A stretch of 64,000 nucleotides of DNA from assembly GCA_965223665.1 (NCBI GenBank), contig OZ245011.1:3200001-3264000 (forward strand), written 5' to 3'. Every line of letters begins with the position of its first letter. Within the stretch, counting starts at the first letter, position 1. Below are positions 28,403 through 38,213 of this stretch, piece by piece. The position numbers and the translations under genes were made by a program. The notes under the pieces are model-generated. The model did not search any database. It was given only the letters and a program-made list of their open reading frames with translations, and had not been told where the DNA came from. This stretch comes from Nitrospinaceae bacterium. Lineage in GTDB: Bacteria > Nitrospinota > Nitrospinia > Nitrospinales > Nitrospinaceae.

Positions 28403-29656
28403 TTAATTTTCGGACTTTGCAGATTTGAATTTGCTATAAGCAACGATTCCTGCAAACACTAAAGAGCCCATTGCCGTGAGGCCCAAAAAAATCGGAAGTT
28501 GATTTATTAAAGCCAAGATAAATAGAAGATAGATAAAATCCCTATTGATAAATTCATCAGCATGCGCCACTTCTACTGCTCTGGTTTCAGCTTTTCCATC
28601 GGATCTTTTAAATTGAATTGCCGATTGCATTAAGATGTAACATAAAAAGGAACCCAAAACGGCTAATCCTCCTAGCCATTTATAAACTGCTTCCCCAGTG
28701 GAAATAAATAAACCCATTCCAATTGCCCAAAAGACAGCAAAATGAACAATATTGTCAGCTATTATGTCAAATTGGGCTCCACCTTTAGATTGTCTAAACG
28801 TTAACCGAGCCACTTCTCCATCTGAGCTGTCCAGCCACAAAGAAATCATCAGTAATAAGGACCCCATGACATTGAGTGCGTAATCCCCTTGGTAAAAAAA
28901 GCCTGCAGAAATTAATCCGATGATTAAATGCATCCAGGTAATTTGATTGGGGGTTACAGATGTTTGAACGAAAAAACGGGTGAACTCCCTAGAAGCACGT
29001 CTTGTTATCCAACGATCCATCAAGCTATCGTTTTCCATTCCTGCTTGTTTTAGTAAACGTTCTTTTTGTTTCTTGAAACCAACACGATCTTTTATTTGGT
29101 TTTCTAAGGAACCTAATAAGAGTTTCCAGCGGGGAAAGCTTGGATCAGCTACTTTTTTGCTAATGAATTTTGGGATAGATTGAATATCTACATTATCATT
29201 TCCTAGAAGTAAAATTTCTTTTAGGGTTTCTGGGACTTCCCAGTACCCTGAATGCTCCTTTATCTTGGCACTCAAGTTTCCTTGTAATGCATTTTCAATA
29301 TGGAGATGATTGTGAAGGGCCATTCCTGATACTAACAATTGGCAATCCTCATTTAATAAAAATTCTTTCAATTCTTTAGTTCCAGATAACCAGGTTATAT
29401 TTAAATCTAGTCGATTATCATTAGAAACAATGTTTAAAGCCTCAATATCTGTGGTATCCCAATTCCTGGAGTAAATTCCTAATTGGCTAATTCCTCCTTT
29501 TTGTAGATTCAACAAATTAATTAAAAGAAAAGGTAACCCAACAATTTTTCTTAAATACCAATTTGCCAAACCTGATGACACCGGAGGTTTCTCTAAAAAA
29601 AGGACTGCTTTACCAGTCTGCTTTTGAGTGAGTTTCACAAACAATAAACCCCACAC
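28403..29656 (-). CDS. CDP-alcohol phosphatidyltransferase with N-terminal soluble domain
   Basis: TPNQIT, LDSSDGEVARL...S..GA.FDI.AD motif; multi-TM C-half; start uncertain (GTG 29656 or 29638). Confidence 0.85.
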   Translation of the reverse strand: MWGLLFVKLTQKQTGKAVLFLEKPPVSSGLANWYLRKIVGLPFLLINLLNLQKGGISQLGIYSRNWDTTDIEALNIVSNDNRLDLNITWLSGTKELKEFLLNEDCQLLVSGMALHNHLHIENALQGNLSAKIKEHSGYWEVPETLKEILLLGNDNVDIQSIPKFISKKVADPSFPRWKLLLGSLENQIKDRVGFKKQKERLLKQAGMENDSLMDRWITRRASREFTRFFVQTSVTPNQITWMHLIIGLISAGFFYQGDYALNVMGSLLLMISLWLDSSDGEVARLTFRQSKGGAQFDIIADNIVHFAVFWAIGMGLFISTGEAVYKWLGGLAVLGSFLCYILMQSAIQFKRSDGKAETRAVEVAHADEFINRDFIYLLFILALINQLPIFLGLTAMGSLVFAGIVAYSKFKSAKSEN

Positions 29657-30060
29657 CCCTTACCACTTGGAAAGGCCAAAAAACTGGTAAAGGGATATAA
29701 TTAGGATAACAAGAAGTTAATATAATACAAGAGGTTATGGAGAAAACTAGAAATTTACTGGAAATTTCAATCTAATTGCCCATTTTACCAGAATTTTGGG
29801 TTTTTTTTAGCGCTTTTCCAGTCTTTTTTCAAATATTGTTTAAATTCAATTAGCGAACCTTATTCCACCCTAACATCAATAATCAAATTAATGGTTTTAA
29901 TAAAATGAAATAACACACCTTTTTTTTGTTGCTTGGATATTTGCCTATTGCCAATTTTTAAATTTGGAACCAAATTTATTGTATTGAACCCCCTGGGATA
30001 CTTGCAATACAAATAGCCTTAAAAAACTTTTTTATAAAATTAATTTTTGGAGGGGTTATT

Positions 30061-30486
30061 ATGAGTGCCAAAAGACTTTTTCTTATAACTTCCATAATTG
30101 CCTTCACCCTTGGACTTTGTATCAGCCAAGGTACGGCTAAAACAAAAGTATTACAAATTGGGGAAGATTCCATTTTAGACCCTGGAAAGCTCCTGGTGTG
30201 TCCTTCAGATTTTATTGTAGAAAATTCGAATAATGATGCTTCTTCTTTGAAGGTAGTATTGGGCAACAAGGTTTATATTAGTGAAATGGTGAATCCTGGC
30301 GAAAAACTAGCATACAATTTACCGGCAATAATTTCTACGGCAAGATTTCATGGACAAGAAGAGCTTACCTCAGATGAATCGGCGGTGATCATCAATTTAG
30401 GCCCCGTGTCTAAATTACAAATTAGCTGTCTTCAACTTAAAAAGAATCCACTAAAAAGGGAGGATCCTTTATCAACATTTAAGTAA
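30061..30486 (+). CDS. Exported hypothetical protein
   Basis: Signal peptide; SD GGAGG; 141 aa. Confidence 0.7.
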   Translation: MSAKRLFLITSIIAFTLGLCISQGTAKTKVLQIGEDSILDPGKLLVCPSDFIVENSNNDASSLKVVLGNKVYISEMVNPGEKLAYNLPAIISTARFHGQEELTSDESAVIINLGPVSKLQISCLQLKKNPLKREDPLSTFK

Positions 30487-30738
30487 AAAATTGAAGTTTG
30501 AAATCTTTTCTTCATAATTGGAATTAATGGTGGCAGTCATTTCCCAGATGGAGTTCAGGCGACTGATTTTTCAATCATTTAAATAAAAAAACAAATGACG
30601 AAACTCTGGAAGGTAAATTTGAGATTGGACTATCACAAAAAACACTAATATGCTATTTTGATAAAAAAACATCAGATGACTCTCTAATAAGGGGAGCTTT
30701 AATCAAATCCGATTTAAAATCGAAGTGGCTTTTTCTAT

Positions 30739-31098
30739 ATGGCTAGGGAAAAGATTTTTAAACTATTAGAATTAACAACTTCGGATAACGATGCGGAAGC
30801 CCTTAATGCTATTCGCAAAGCAAATGAAGTTCGTGAAAAAGCTGATTTACAGTGGCATCAAATTTTTGCCCAGCCTTTAAAGTCTAACAATAATATCCCA
30901 CCAATGGTCCACCGACGTCCCCCTCCACCAAGAATTCTTACTGTGGAAATAATGTTCGATGAAATTTTAAAACGTAATTTAAGCGATCCATTGCGTGCTC
31001 AAATCGAACAACTTAAATATGTTTACGAATGGACCGAATCCCTTTCGGGGGATGAAGTTAATACCCTTGTGAATACTTACAACCGCAATTGTTTTTAA
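30739..31098 (+). CDS. Hypothetical protein with DUF2786-like N-terminal helix pair
   Basis: KIFKLLEL..SDND.EAL.A.RKA pattern; Pro-rich linker. Confidence 0.6.
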   Translation: MAREKIFKLLELTTSDNDAEALNAIRKANEVREKADLQWHQIFAQPLKSNNNIPPMVHRRPPPPRILTVEIMFDEILKRNLSDPLRAQIEQLKYVYEWTESLSGDEVNTLVNTYNRNCF

Positions 31099-31143
31099 AT
31101 TCAATATTCGAAAACTCATCATGATGAAAGAAAGGAATATTTT

Positions 31144-31854
31144 TTGTCATTATTAAATTACGTTGGAAATATTTTTGCTACGGTGCCATTTTTGGCAGAG
31201 CTAATATTGTTCATTTTGTTATCTATACCTTGGATAATACTAAAAGATAAATCGAGAAAAAAAGAAAGTGATCCCCAGCAAGGACTTGTACGTTTGCTTT
31301 GCTATACCATTCTTATTGTTGGAGGATTAAAAATAGGTTTAAGTATTATTTTCGGAAAGGGATTTCCAGTTTTGATGCTAATTACCTATTTAATATGTGC
31401 AGTAATTGTTTTTTGGTTGAGTTTTTTAAAGTTTCGCTTTCTTGTTTTCGTGGCACTTTGTGTTTCCGCAGGAATTTATGTAATTGCCCTAAACTTATTC
31501 ACAAACATTTCTATGACTCAAACCTATAATGCAAAATGGAAAATACAAAAACCAGAACAAATGGGCATGCATTCTGATGCAGCAGATTATATTCAATTTA
31601 ACTACAAAGAATCTCCTGAATATTTTGATTTTATTTACTCCGATCAAATTTCTACAATGCTCATGATAGGAAAAAAGGAAGAAGTCTCTATAGAAGTAAA
31701 CTTAATATATCAATGGGGTTTGTTAGTGGATCATACAATTCGATCTGTTGAGGGGATAGTCTGGACCCCGTCCCGCACCGATGGAGCGGGAATAAAAGGA
31801 AACTCTAATTCCAATCCACCGTTTCCTAAATATTATTTAGGTTTCTCAAACTAA
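31144..31854 (+). CDS. Hypothetical membrane protein
   Basis: Four N-terminal TM segments and a soluble C-half; TTG start after AAGGA. Confidence 0.65.
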   Translation: MSLLNYVGNIFATVPFLAELILFILLSIPWIILKDKSRKKESDPQQGLVRLLCYTILIVGGLKIGLSIIFGKGFPVLMLITYLICAVIVFWLSFLKFRFLVFVALCVSAGIYVIALNLFTNISMTQTYNAKWKIQKPEQMGMHSDAADYIQFNYKESPEYFDFIYSDQISTMLMIGKKEEVSIEVNLIYQWGLLVDHTIRSVEGIVWTPSRTDGAGIKGNSNSNPPFPKYYLGFSN

Positions 31855-31953
31855 TATGGAAGTTAAAGAGAAATTAATTTTTTCTCTAATAAAATTTCCT
31901 GGGTAGTTCCAATTTACCCATTAACATATTTTATTCGAACGGGAGACAATACC

Positions 31954-32919
31954 ATGCCCACTATTATGGACACCCCGCCGCAGGCAGTGAAAAATGATCT
32001 TTGCTCCTTAAAAAATGCCTTAGATAAAAAAATTCCACCCAAAACTGAAGACAATTTATTAATTTCCACATGGAACATCCGTTCGTTTTCTTCTCTTACC
32101 CGTAAATGGACGGCTTCAGACAAAGATAGTCCTAAGCGTGACCTGCGTGGATTGCGTGCCATCATAGAAATAATTTCTCGGTTTGATGTGATAGCCATTC
32201 AGGAAGTAAAGGGTAATCTTAGAGCATTGCGCGATACCATGCGTTTTTTAGGCGACGATTGGGGATTTCTAATGACGGATGTGACCGCTGGCAAAGCAGG
32301 GAATAAGGAACGGTTGGCGTTTTTTTTTCAACGAACACGAGTTCGCCCTACGGGTTTGGCTGCCGAACTGGTTGTGCAACCTGAAAGGTTAGATGCTTTG
32401 AATGAAGGATCCCTAAGAGAACAATTTGCGCGAACTCCCTATGCCGTGAGTTTTCAAAGGGGAAAAGCAACATTTATTTTAGTAACCCTACACATTTTAT
32501 TTGGAAAGGTTCCTAAGGATCGCCTTCCGGAGTTAAAAGAAATTGCAGATATGTTTCGAGATTGGGCTCGACGCAGCAATCGATTTCATCATAATTTATT
32601 ATGTTTGGGAGATTTTAATATTGATCGCGTGGGAAGCCCATTATTTGATGCATTTACATCTACAGGATTGACGATACCAAAAGAACTTGAAAATTTACCC
32701 AGAACAATATTTGATGATCCGGACGATCCTACCGACAAATATTACGACCAAATTGCTTGGTTTAGTTCCAGTAAAGGGGCTCTTATTGATCTCCAGGTAT
32801 CTAAAGGAGGAAATTTTGATTTCCTGCCCTATGTTTACACAGATTTGGACTTGAGCCGAATTCAAGTATCCTATCGACTATCTGACCATTTACCACTTTG
32901 GGTTGAGTTTGCAATATAA
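31954..32919 (+). CDS. Endonuclease/exonuclease/phosphatase (DNase I-like) family protein
   Basis: STWNIR, DVIAIQEV, ERLAF, FARTPY, LGDFNI, YDQI, LSDHLP. Confidence 0.92.
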   Translation: MPTIMDTPPQAVKNDLCSLKNALDKKIPPKTEDNLLISTWNIRSFSSLTRKWTASDKDSPKRDLRGLRAIIEIISRFDVIAIQEVKGNLRALRDTMRFLGDDWGFLMTDVTAGKAGNKERLAFFFQRTRVRPTGLAAELVVQPERLDALNEGSLREQFARTPYAVSFQRGKATFILVTLHILFGKVPKDRLPELKEIADMFRDWARRSNRFHHNLLCLGDFNIDRVGSPLFDAFTSTGLTIPKELENLPRTIFDDPDDPTDKYYDQIAWFSSSKGALIDLQVSKGGNFDFLPYVYTDLDLSRIQVSYRLSDHLPLWVEFAI

Positions 32920-32922
32920 TCG

Positions 32923-33369
32923 ATGGAACCACCACTAAAAATCGTTGCTACCTATTCCATGCCCTATCAGGCGCATTTGGCCAAATCTCGGTTGGAAACA
33001 GAGGGGATTTCAGCATTTATTCGCGATGAGCATTTAATTAGTATCGACTGGTTATACTCTCCTGCCTTGGGAGGGGTGAAATTAGAAGTTCCGGAAGGCC
33101 AATGGGAAGAAGCAAAGCAAATATTAGAAACTTCCATTCCTAATGATTTGGAAGAAATGGAAATAATTGAAGGTGACCCAGCTCAAATACCTCCAACTGA
33201 AATAATGACACAATTGGAATGCGCGAACTGTGGCAGTCAGGGTTTTGTAGAGAAAAAGAAAAATCCTGTATCAGGATTTATCAATGGGGTCTTTTTAGGA
33301 ATCCCATATTTTTGGTTTGGCCAGCCTTATTTGTGTAGAGCTTGTGGGCATGTTTTTCGTAAAAGATAA
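32923..33369 (+). CDS. DUF2007 domain protein with C-terminal Zn ribbon
   Basis: AHLAKSRLETEGI..FI.DE, GGVKL.V; CANCGS and CRACG. Confidence 0.85.
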   Translation: MEPPLKIVATYSMPYQAHLAKSRLETEGISAFIRDEHLISIDWLYSPALGGVKLEVPEGQWEEAKQILETSIPNDLEEMEIIEGDPAQIPPTEIMTQLECANCGSQGFVEKKKNPVSGFINGVFLGIPYFWFGQPYLCRACGHVFRKR

Positions 33370-33373
33370 ATTT

Positions 33374-34564
33374 TTAAGTGGTATATTCTGCATTAATTCG
33401 AACATAATCATATGAGAGATCGCAGCCAAACACCTCAGCTTGACCTTTCCCAATGTTTAATCCAATTTGAATGCTGATATATTTATTTTTCATTCGTTTT
33501 TGCAGTATCGATGTTGAAAGATTTGGAACCGGAAGACCATTTTGAACCAATGGAACCTCGTTGAGAGATATGTCAATTTTATTGGTATCAATTGGAACCC
33601 CCGCATAACCCACTGCGCAAATAATGCGTCCCCAATTTGGATCTTGTCCAAATATTGCCGTTTGTACTAGTTTGGAATTTGCTACTGTACGTGCAACGGT
33701 TTCGGCATTTTGGGAGTTTTTAGCACCGGATACTTTTACGGTTACGAATTTTGTAACCCCTTCTCCATCTTTTACAACCTTAAAGGCTAACTCCCGACAC
33801 AATTCAGTTAATGCCGAAACAAATGTTTCAAATTTTTTTGAGCCATCCTTTACAGGGTTATTGGATTTTTCTCCATTTGCGAGTAAAAGTACCATATCAT
33901 TGGTACTCGTTTCCCCGTCAACTGTAATTCGGTTAAAAGTAGTATCAACTGCAATTTTAAGAGCTCTTTGTAAATCTTTTTTCCCCATCGAAATATTTGT
34001 TACCAAAAAGGAAAGCATAGTTGCCATGTTTGGTTGAATCATTCCAGATCCTTTGCAAATACCTCCAATCACAACATCATCATATTGAATGCCAGCCGAT
34101 TTACTGACCAAATCTGTTGTCATTATGGCTTCAGCTGCTTGAGTCCATCCCTTGGGGGACAGTTTGTTTACAAGTACAGGCATTTTTTCTATGATTTTTT
34201 GACTAGGTAATGGAACACCAATTACTCCTGTCGAAGCGATTAATACTTGGTTTGCGGAAACCCCAAAATTTTCGCTCACGGCTTTCACAATTGAATGGCA
34301 GTCTTGAATACCTCTTTCTCCCGTGCAAGCATTAGCATTACCGCTATTTACAATTATGGCTCGAATTGATTTAGATGTTTTTAAAGTTTGGCGGCTTATC
34401 GTTACTGTTGGAGAGCAAACTTTATTTTTAGTAAACACTCCCGCACCTACGGCAGGGCCGATTGAAGCAATTAAAGCTAAGTCTTTTTGCCCTTGATTTT
34501 TTATTCCACAATCGATTCCTGCTACCTCAAATCCAGGAACGTTAAATTTTTTCAATAGTTTCAT
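33374..34564 (-). CDS. argJ: Bifunctional glutamate N-acetyltransferase/amino-acid acetyltransferase
   Basis: NSGNANACTG, STGVIG, IMTTD, KGSGMI.PNMATML, DGETSTND, DPNWGR, YVRINAEYTT. Confidence 0.97.
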   Translation of the reverse strand: MKLLKKFNVPGFEVAGIDCGIKNQGQKDLALIASIGPAVGAGVFTKNKVCSPTVTISRQTLKTSKSIRAIIVNSGNANACTGERGIQDCHSIVKAVSENFGVSANQVLIASTGVIGVPLPSQKIIEKMPVLVNKLSPKGWTQAAEAIMTTDLVSKSAGIQYDDVVIGGICKGSGMIQPNMATMLSFLVTNISMGKKDLQRALKIAVDTTFNRITVDGETSTNDMVLLLANGEKSNNPVKDGSKKFETFVSALTELCRELAFKVVKDGEGVTKFVTVKVSGAKNSQNAETVARTVANSKLVQTAIFGQDPNWGRIICAVGYAGVPIDTNKIDISLNEVPLVQNGLPVPNLSTSILQKRMKNKYISIQIGLNIGKGQAEVFGCDLSYDYVRINAEYTT

Positions 34565-34569
34565 TTTTT

Positions 34570-35607
34570 TTAGGGAAACTGAGGGGGAAAATTCAAGCCT
34601 AATGTTTCATCAATGCCAAACATAATATTCATATTTTGCACAGCCTGACTAGAAGCCCCTTTCATTAAGTTGTCAATCGCACTTGTAAGGATTGCCCGTT
34701 GATTTCGCTTGTCAAATTGAATTCCTATATCACAAAAGTTTGATCCCATTACATAATGAGTATTTGCGAATTGACCCTCCGGCAAAACTCTAATGAAATG
34801 TTCGTTTTGAAAGAAATCAGTAAATGCCTTAATTAAATTTTCTCGGTTCCATTTTGAAGTAGTATTAATATAGACCGTTGTCAATATTCCCCGGATCATA
34901 GGCATTAAATGCGGGGAAAAGGTAACCGTCACTTTTTTCTTGGAAAGCAGACTTAGTTCCTGTTCGATTTCAGGAGTATGTCGATGTTCCGCTAAACCAT
35001 AAGCAGAAACCCCATCGTGGCTTTCACAAAAATGTGTACCTAAACTTAATTTGCGGCCTGCCCCGGATACCCCGGATTTAGAATCAATTACAATTGAGTC
35101 AAAATCCATTCCACTAAGTTTCATTAATGGGGCTAAAGCCAAAATTGCCCCTGTGGGGTAACAACCGGGATTGGCGACCAAACGAGCTGAACGAATAGAA
35201 TCTCGATGTAACTCGGGCAAGCCATAAACTGCCTCTTTAAGAGATTCACTATTTATATGCGGAGTTTGGTACCAATGTTCGTAAACGTCCGCATCTTGCA
35301 ATCGGTAGTCCGCACTCAGATCCACAATCTTGCATTTTCCATTTTGTAGGTCAGGAACCTGCTTCATGGAAGTGGTATGTGGAAGTGCAAGAAACAGCAA
35401 ATCACATTCTTCGGCTATGGAGGGTTCCAATTTAACTAAAGAGTGATCCATCCACCCTCTTAATGAGGGAGCGACTTCCTGAATTTTTTTCCCGGCATGG
35501 GAATCTGCAGTTAGAGTTTGTATTTTTACTTCGGGATGGTTTAACAATAAACGAAGTAACTCAATTCCTGTGTATCCCGTTGCGCCAGCAATACTTACTT
35601 TTATCAT
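34570..35607 (-). CDS. argC: N-acetyl-gamma-glutamyl-phosphate reductase
   Basis: GATGYTG, LALPH, DLSADYR, ANPGCYPT, SGVSGAGR, HRHTPEI, DNLMKGA. Confidence 0.97.
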   Translation of the reverse strand: MIKVSIAGATGYTGIELLRLLLNHPEVKIQTLTADSHAGKKIQEVAPSLRGWMDHSLVKLEPSIAEECDLLFLALPHTTSMKQVPDLQNGKCKIVDLSADYRLQDADVYEHWYQTPHINSESLKEAVYGLPELHRDSIRSARLVANPGCYPTGAILALAPLMKLSGMDFDSIVIDSKSGVSGAGRKLSLGTHFCESHDGVSAYGLAEHRHTPEIEQELSLLSKKKVTVTFSPHLMPMIRGILTTVYINTTSKWNRENLIKAFTDFFQNEHFIRVLPEGQFANTHYVMGSNFCDIGIQFDKRNQRAILTSAIDNLMKGASSQAVQNMNIMFGIDETLGLNFPPQFP

Positions 35608-35621
35608 GGTTTATTTTCAAT

Positions 35622-35654
35622 AAAAAAGGGAAGACCCGAATAACGGATCTTCCC
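35622..35654 (-). terminator. Intrinsic terminator after rpsI
   Basis: Minus strand GGGAAGATCCG-TTATT-CGGGTCTTCCC-TTTTTT. Confidence 0.85.
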
Positions 35655-35692
35655 AGACTGATTTTATAAAATAAATGAACTAATTAGTTTTC

Positions 35693-36082
35693 TTAACGTT
35701 TTGAGAATTGGAACCGTTTTCGTGCACCACGTCGACCATATTTTTTTCTTTCAACTTCACGTGAATCTCTAGTTAAGAAACCTGCTTTTTTTAGAGTAGA
35801 TCGTAAATCAGGATTGGCTGTTTGCAAAGCCTTGGAAATACCTAAACGTAAAGCACCCGCTTGTCCAGATAACCCTCCACCCAATACGGTTGCATTTACA
35901 TCAAAAGAACCCAGAGTCTCGGTCAACACTAATGGTTGTCGTACGACCATTTCAGCGGTGGGTCGACGAAAATAGGAAGCTAAGTCCTTCTTATTTACCA
36001 TAATGTTTCCATCGCCTGGAGTAAGCCAAACCTTAGCAATCGCTTCTTTTCTTCGTCCAGTGGCGTAAGACCGATCTTCCAT
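35693..36082 (-). CDS. rpsI: 30S ribosomal protein S9
   Basis: [34 protein letters not shown]. Confidence 0.99.
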   Translation of the reverse strand: MEDRSYATGRRKEAIAKVWLTPGDGNIMVNKKDLASYFRRPTAEMVVRQPLVLTETLGSFDVNATVLGGGLSGQAGALRLGISKALQTANPDLRSTLKKAGFLTRDSREVERKKYGRRGARKRFQFSKR

Positions 36083-36114
36083 AGTTAAATTCTCACACTT
36101 AAAAGTTGTTTATA

Positions 36115-36543
36115 TTAAACCGTTACGGTGTCGGGTTTTTGGCCCCCATGAGGGTGCTGATCATTATCGTAAATTCGGTAATTTTTTTGCAAAGACCGGC
36201 CTAGCCGAGTCTTTGGAAGCATACCGTCAATGGCTTTCTTTAGTAAATCTCGTGGTCGCTTTTCCAACAATTGTTTTGCAGTAGCTGATTTGATTCCACC
36301 TACCCAACCGGTATGACGATAATAAATTTTTTGGTCCCATTTATTCCCGGTAAGCTTAACTTTTTCTGCATTGATGATAATTACGTTATCTCCGGTATCA
36401 ACATGCGGTGTATAAATGGGTTTGGTTTTTCCTCGAATAACAGCGGCAGCTTTACTTGCCACTCGGCCTACAGGCTGGTCCTTGGCATCAATTAAAACCC
36501 AGCCTTTAACCACTTCACCTTTTTTAGCAACATACGTTTTCAT
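36115..36543 (-). CDS. rplM: 50S ribosomal protein L13
   Basis: W.LIDA, GKTKPIYTPHVDTGD, GMLPK..LGR; ATG at 36543. Confidence 0.99.
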   Translation of the reverse strand: MKTYVAKKGEVVKGWVLIDAKDQPVGRVASKAAAVIRGKTKPIYTPHVDTGDNVIIINAEKVKLTGNKWDQKIYYRHTGWVGGIKSATAKQLLEKRPRDLLKKAIDGMLPKTRLGRSLQKNYRIYDNDQHPHGGQKPDTVTV

Positions 36544-36606
36544 GCGCAATTTCTCTAACAGTCTGAATTGTAAGGGTAAATCATTTCAGGAATGATTGAA
36601 TCGTAT

Positions 36607-36635
36607 ATCATAGGAAAATGAACACCTAATGTCAA
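36607..36635 (-). promoter_or_regulatory. Sigma70 promoter of rplM-rpsI
   Basis: TTGACA-17nt-TATGAT. Confidence 0.8.
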
Positions 36636-36677
36636 GAAAATCCCGGCTTTTGGGTAAGTAATGAGAATTTAAGTGGT

Positions 36678-38081
36678 TTAATGGGTTCTCAATTTACTTT
36701 TGATTCTCTTTACTGCCTGATTGGCCTGACTTACAATTTCATCAGGGGAGACATTATCTTCTAAAACCAATTTTCCGTTTTGCATTAGAGTTTTTCCATT
36801 TACAAATACATATTTTACGTTACGGGGTTGCGCATTAAAAACTATAGAGTTTATGGGGTTCCAACTTGAGCCGTTATTGACCCCATTCATATCAAGAATA
36901 ATTAAGTCGGCAAATTTACCTGGAGTCAGGGACCCAATTTCATTGTCCATATTGAGGGCTTCGGCTCCCCCGAGAGTTGCCATCCGTAAAATATCCTTAA
37001 CCCCAGGAAAAGAGACAGGATTCAAAGATACAGCGCGTTGCATTCCTACAGCAGCTCTCATATTTGAAAACATATCGCTGGTATCATTGGTGCCTCCGTC
37101 TAAACCTAAACCAATTTTGATCCCTGCATTATATAATTTTTCTATTGGCATTACCCCAGAGGCTAACCGCATATTGCTTAGAGGATTATGTGAGATGGAG
37201 ACGTCATATTTTTTTAACTGAGCTATTTCAAATGAAGAAATGTGAATGACATGGTTCGCAAAAATTTTGCTCCGGAAGGCTCCAGTCTTATTTAAAAGTT
37301 GGAAAGGATTTTCACTTCTTTGAAGTTTACTTTCCAAAAGATGGATGTTAAGAGGCAAATTATATTTTTGAGAAATACCCGACATCACCTGAAGTCCTTC
37401 AGCAGTTGAAGGGGCTGGATGGGCGCATACTTGCAATGAAGCTAAGGGATTGGGATCAGTAAACCGGGTTTTAATGAATTCAATGTCACTCTCAATCTGG
37501 TTGCTCCGTTTATAACAGTAAGCAAAAATAAATCTTAAGCCAGACTTCTCCAACGCTTTTAAGTTTCCTTTGGTAAATTCCGGGGTGAAACTATGTGAGT
37601 TGTCTAAAACTGTGGTGACTCCAGTAGAAATGAGATCAAGAGTGCTTAGACGAACCCCACTATAAGCCTCGGATTCATCTATATTATTTTTGCCCATGGG
37701 GAAGACACATTCTTTGAGCCAACCCATGAGTTCTTTATCTGCCCCACATCCACGAATAAGAGACTGCCACAAATGGTTATGGACATCGACAAAACCTGGT
37801 AATAAAATTTTCTCTCGGCCATTTATTTCGTTTGCATTGGAAGATTTAAGATTTTTGCCAACAGAAATTATTTGGTGGTCAAAAAGAACATCTGAGTTTT
37901 TTATAATACCCAATGAGCCTTCACCCAACTTGGCGTCCATGGTAATAACTATGTCCGCATTTTTAACAAGTGTTTTAGGGGCCGCACTGGGTTTGGAAAA
38001 AACGGTAGAGGTTAATCCTAATGCTAATAAACAAATATAAAAGGCAGCTTGGTATTTTTTGAATGAAGTGAAATCCAGCAT
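36678..38081 (-). CDS. Metal-dependent amidohydrolase (MtaD/SsnA/AtzA-type deaminase fold) with signal peptide
   Basis: PGFVDVHNH, IHLLES, NHVIH, HNPLSNMRLASG, GLDG, ATLGGA, GSLTPGKFADL. Confidence 0.88.
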   Translation of the reverse strand: MLDFTSFKKYQAAFYICLLALGLTSTVFSKPSAAPKTLVKNADIVITMDAKLGEGSLGIIKNSDVLFDHQIISVGKNLKSSNANEINGREKILLPGFVDVHNHLWQSLIRGCGADKELMGWLKECVFPMGKNNIDESEAYSGVRLSTLDLISTGVTTVLDNSHSFTPEFTKGNLKALEKSGLRFIFAYCYKRSNQIESDIEFIKTRFTDPNPLASLQVCAHPAPSTAEGLQVMSGISQKYNLPLNIHLLESKLQRSENPFQLLNKTGAFRSKIFANHVIHISSFEIAQLKKYDVSISHNPLSNMRLASGVMPIEKLYNAGIKIGLGLDGGTNDTSDMFSNMRAAVGMQRAVSLNPVSFPGVKDILRMATLGGAEALNMDNEIGSLTPGKFADLIILDMNGVNNGSSWNPINSIVFNAQPRNVKYVFVNGKTLMQNGKLVLEDNVSPDEIVSQANQAVKRIKSKLRTH

Positions 38082-38213
38082 AGAACTTCCTTTGTGTCAT
38101 GTGGTAAGCTTGCAACTTAGCAGTTAAATTTTAATGTCCATTATTTTTTACCAGAAAAAAATATTTAAAAAATTAAAAACGTTTTTTAATTGCCATTATA
38201 AATAAACACCACT

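Noticed and set aside
30547-30682. Fluoride (crcB) riboswitch-like words GATGGAGTTC and GATGACTC
   Set aside because: P1 does not pair, the two words are about 120 nt apart (too far), and the downstream gene is not fluoride-related
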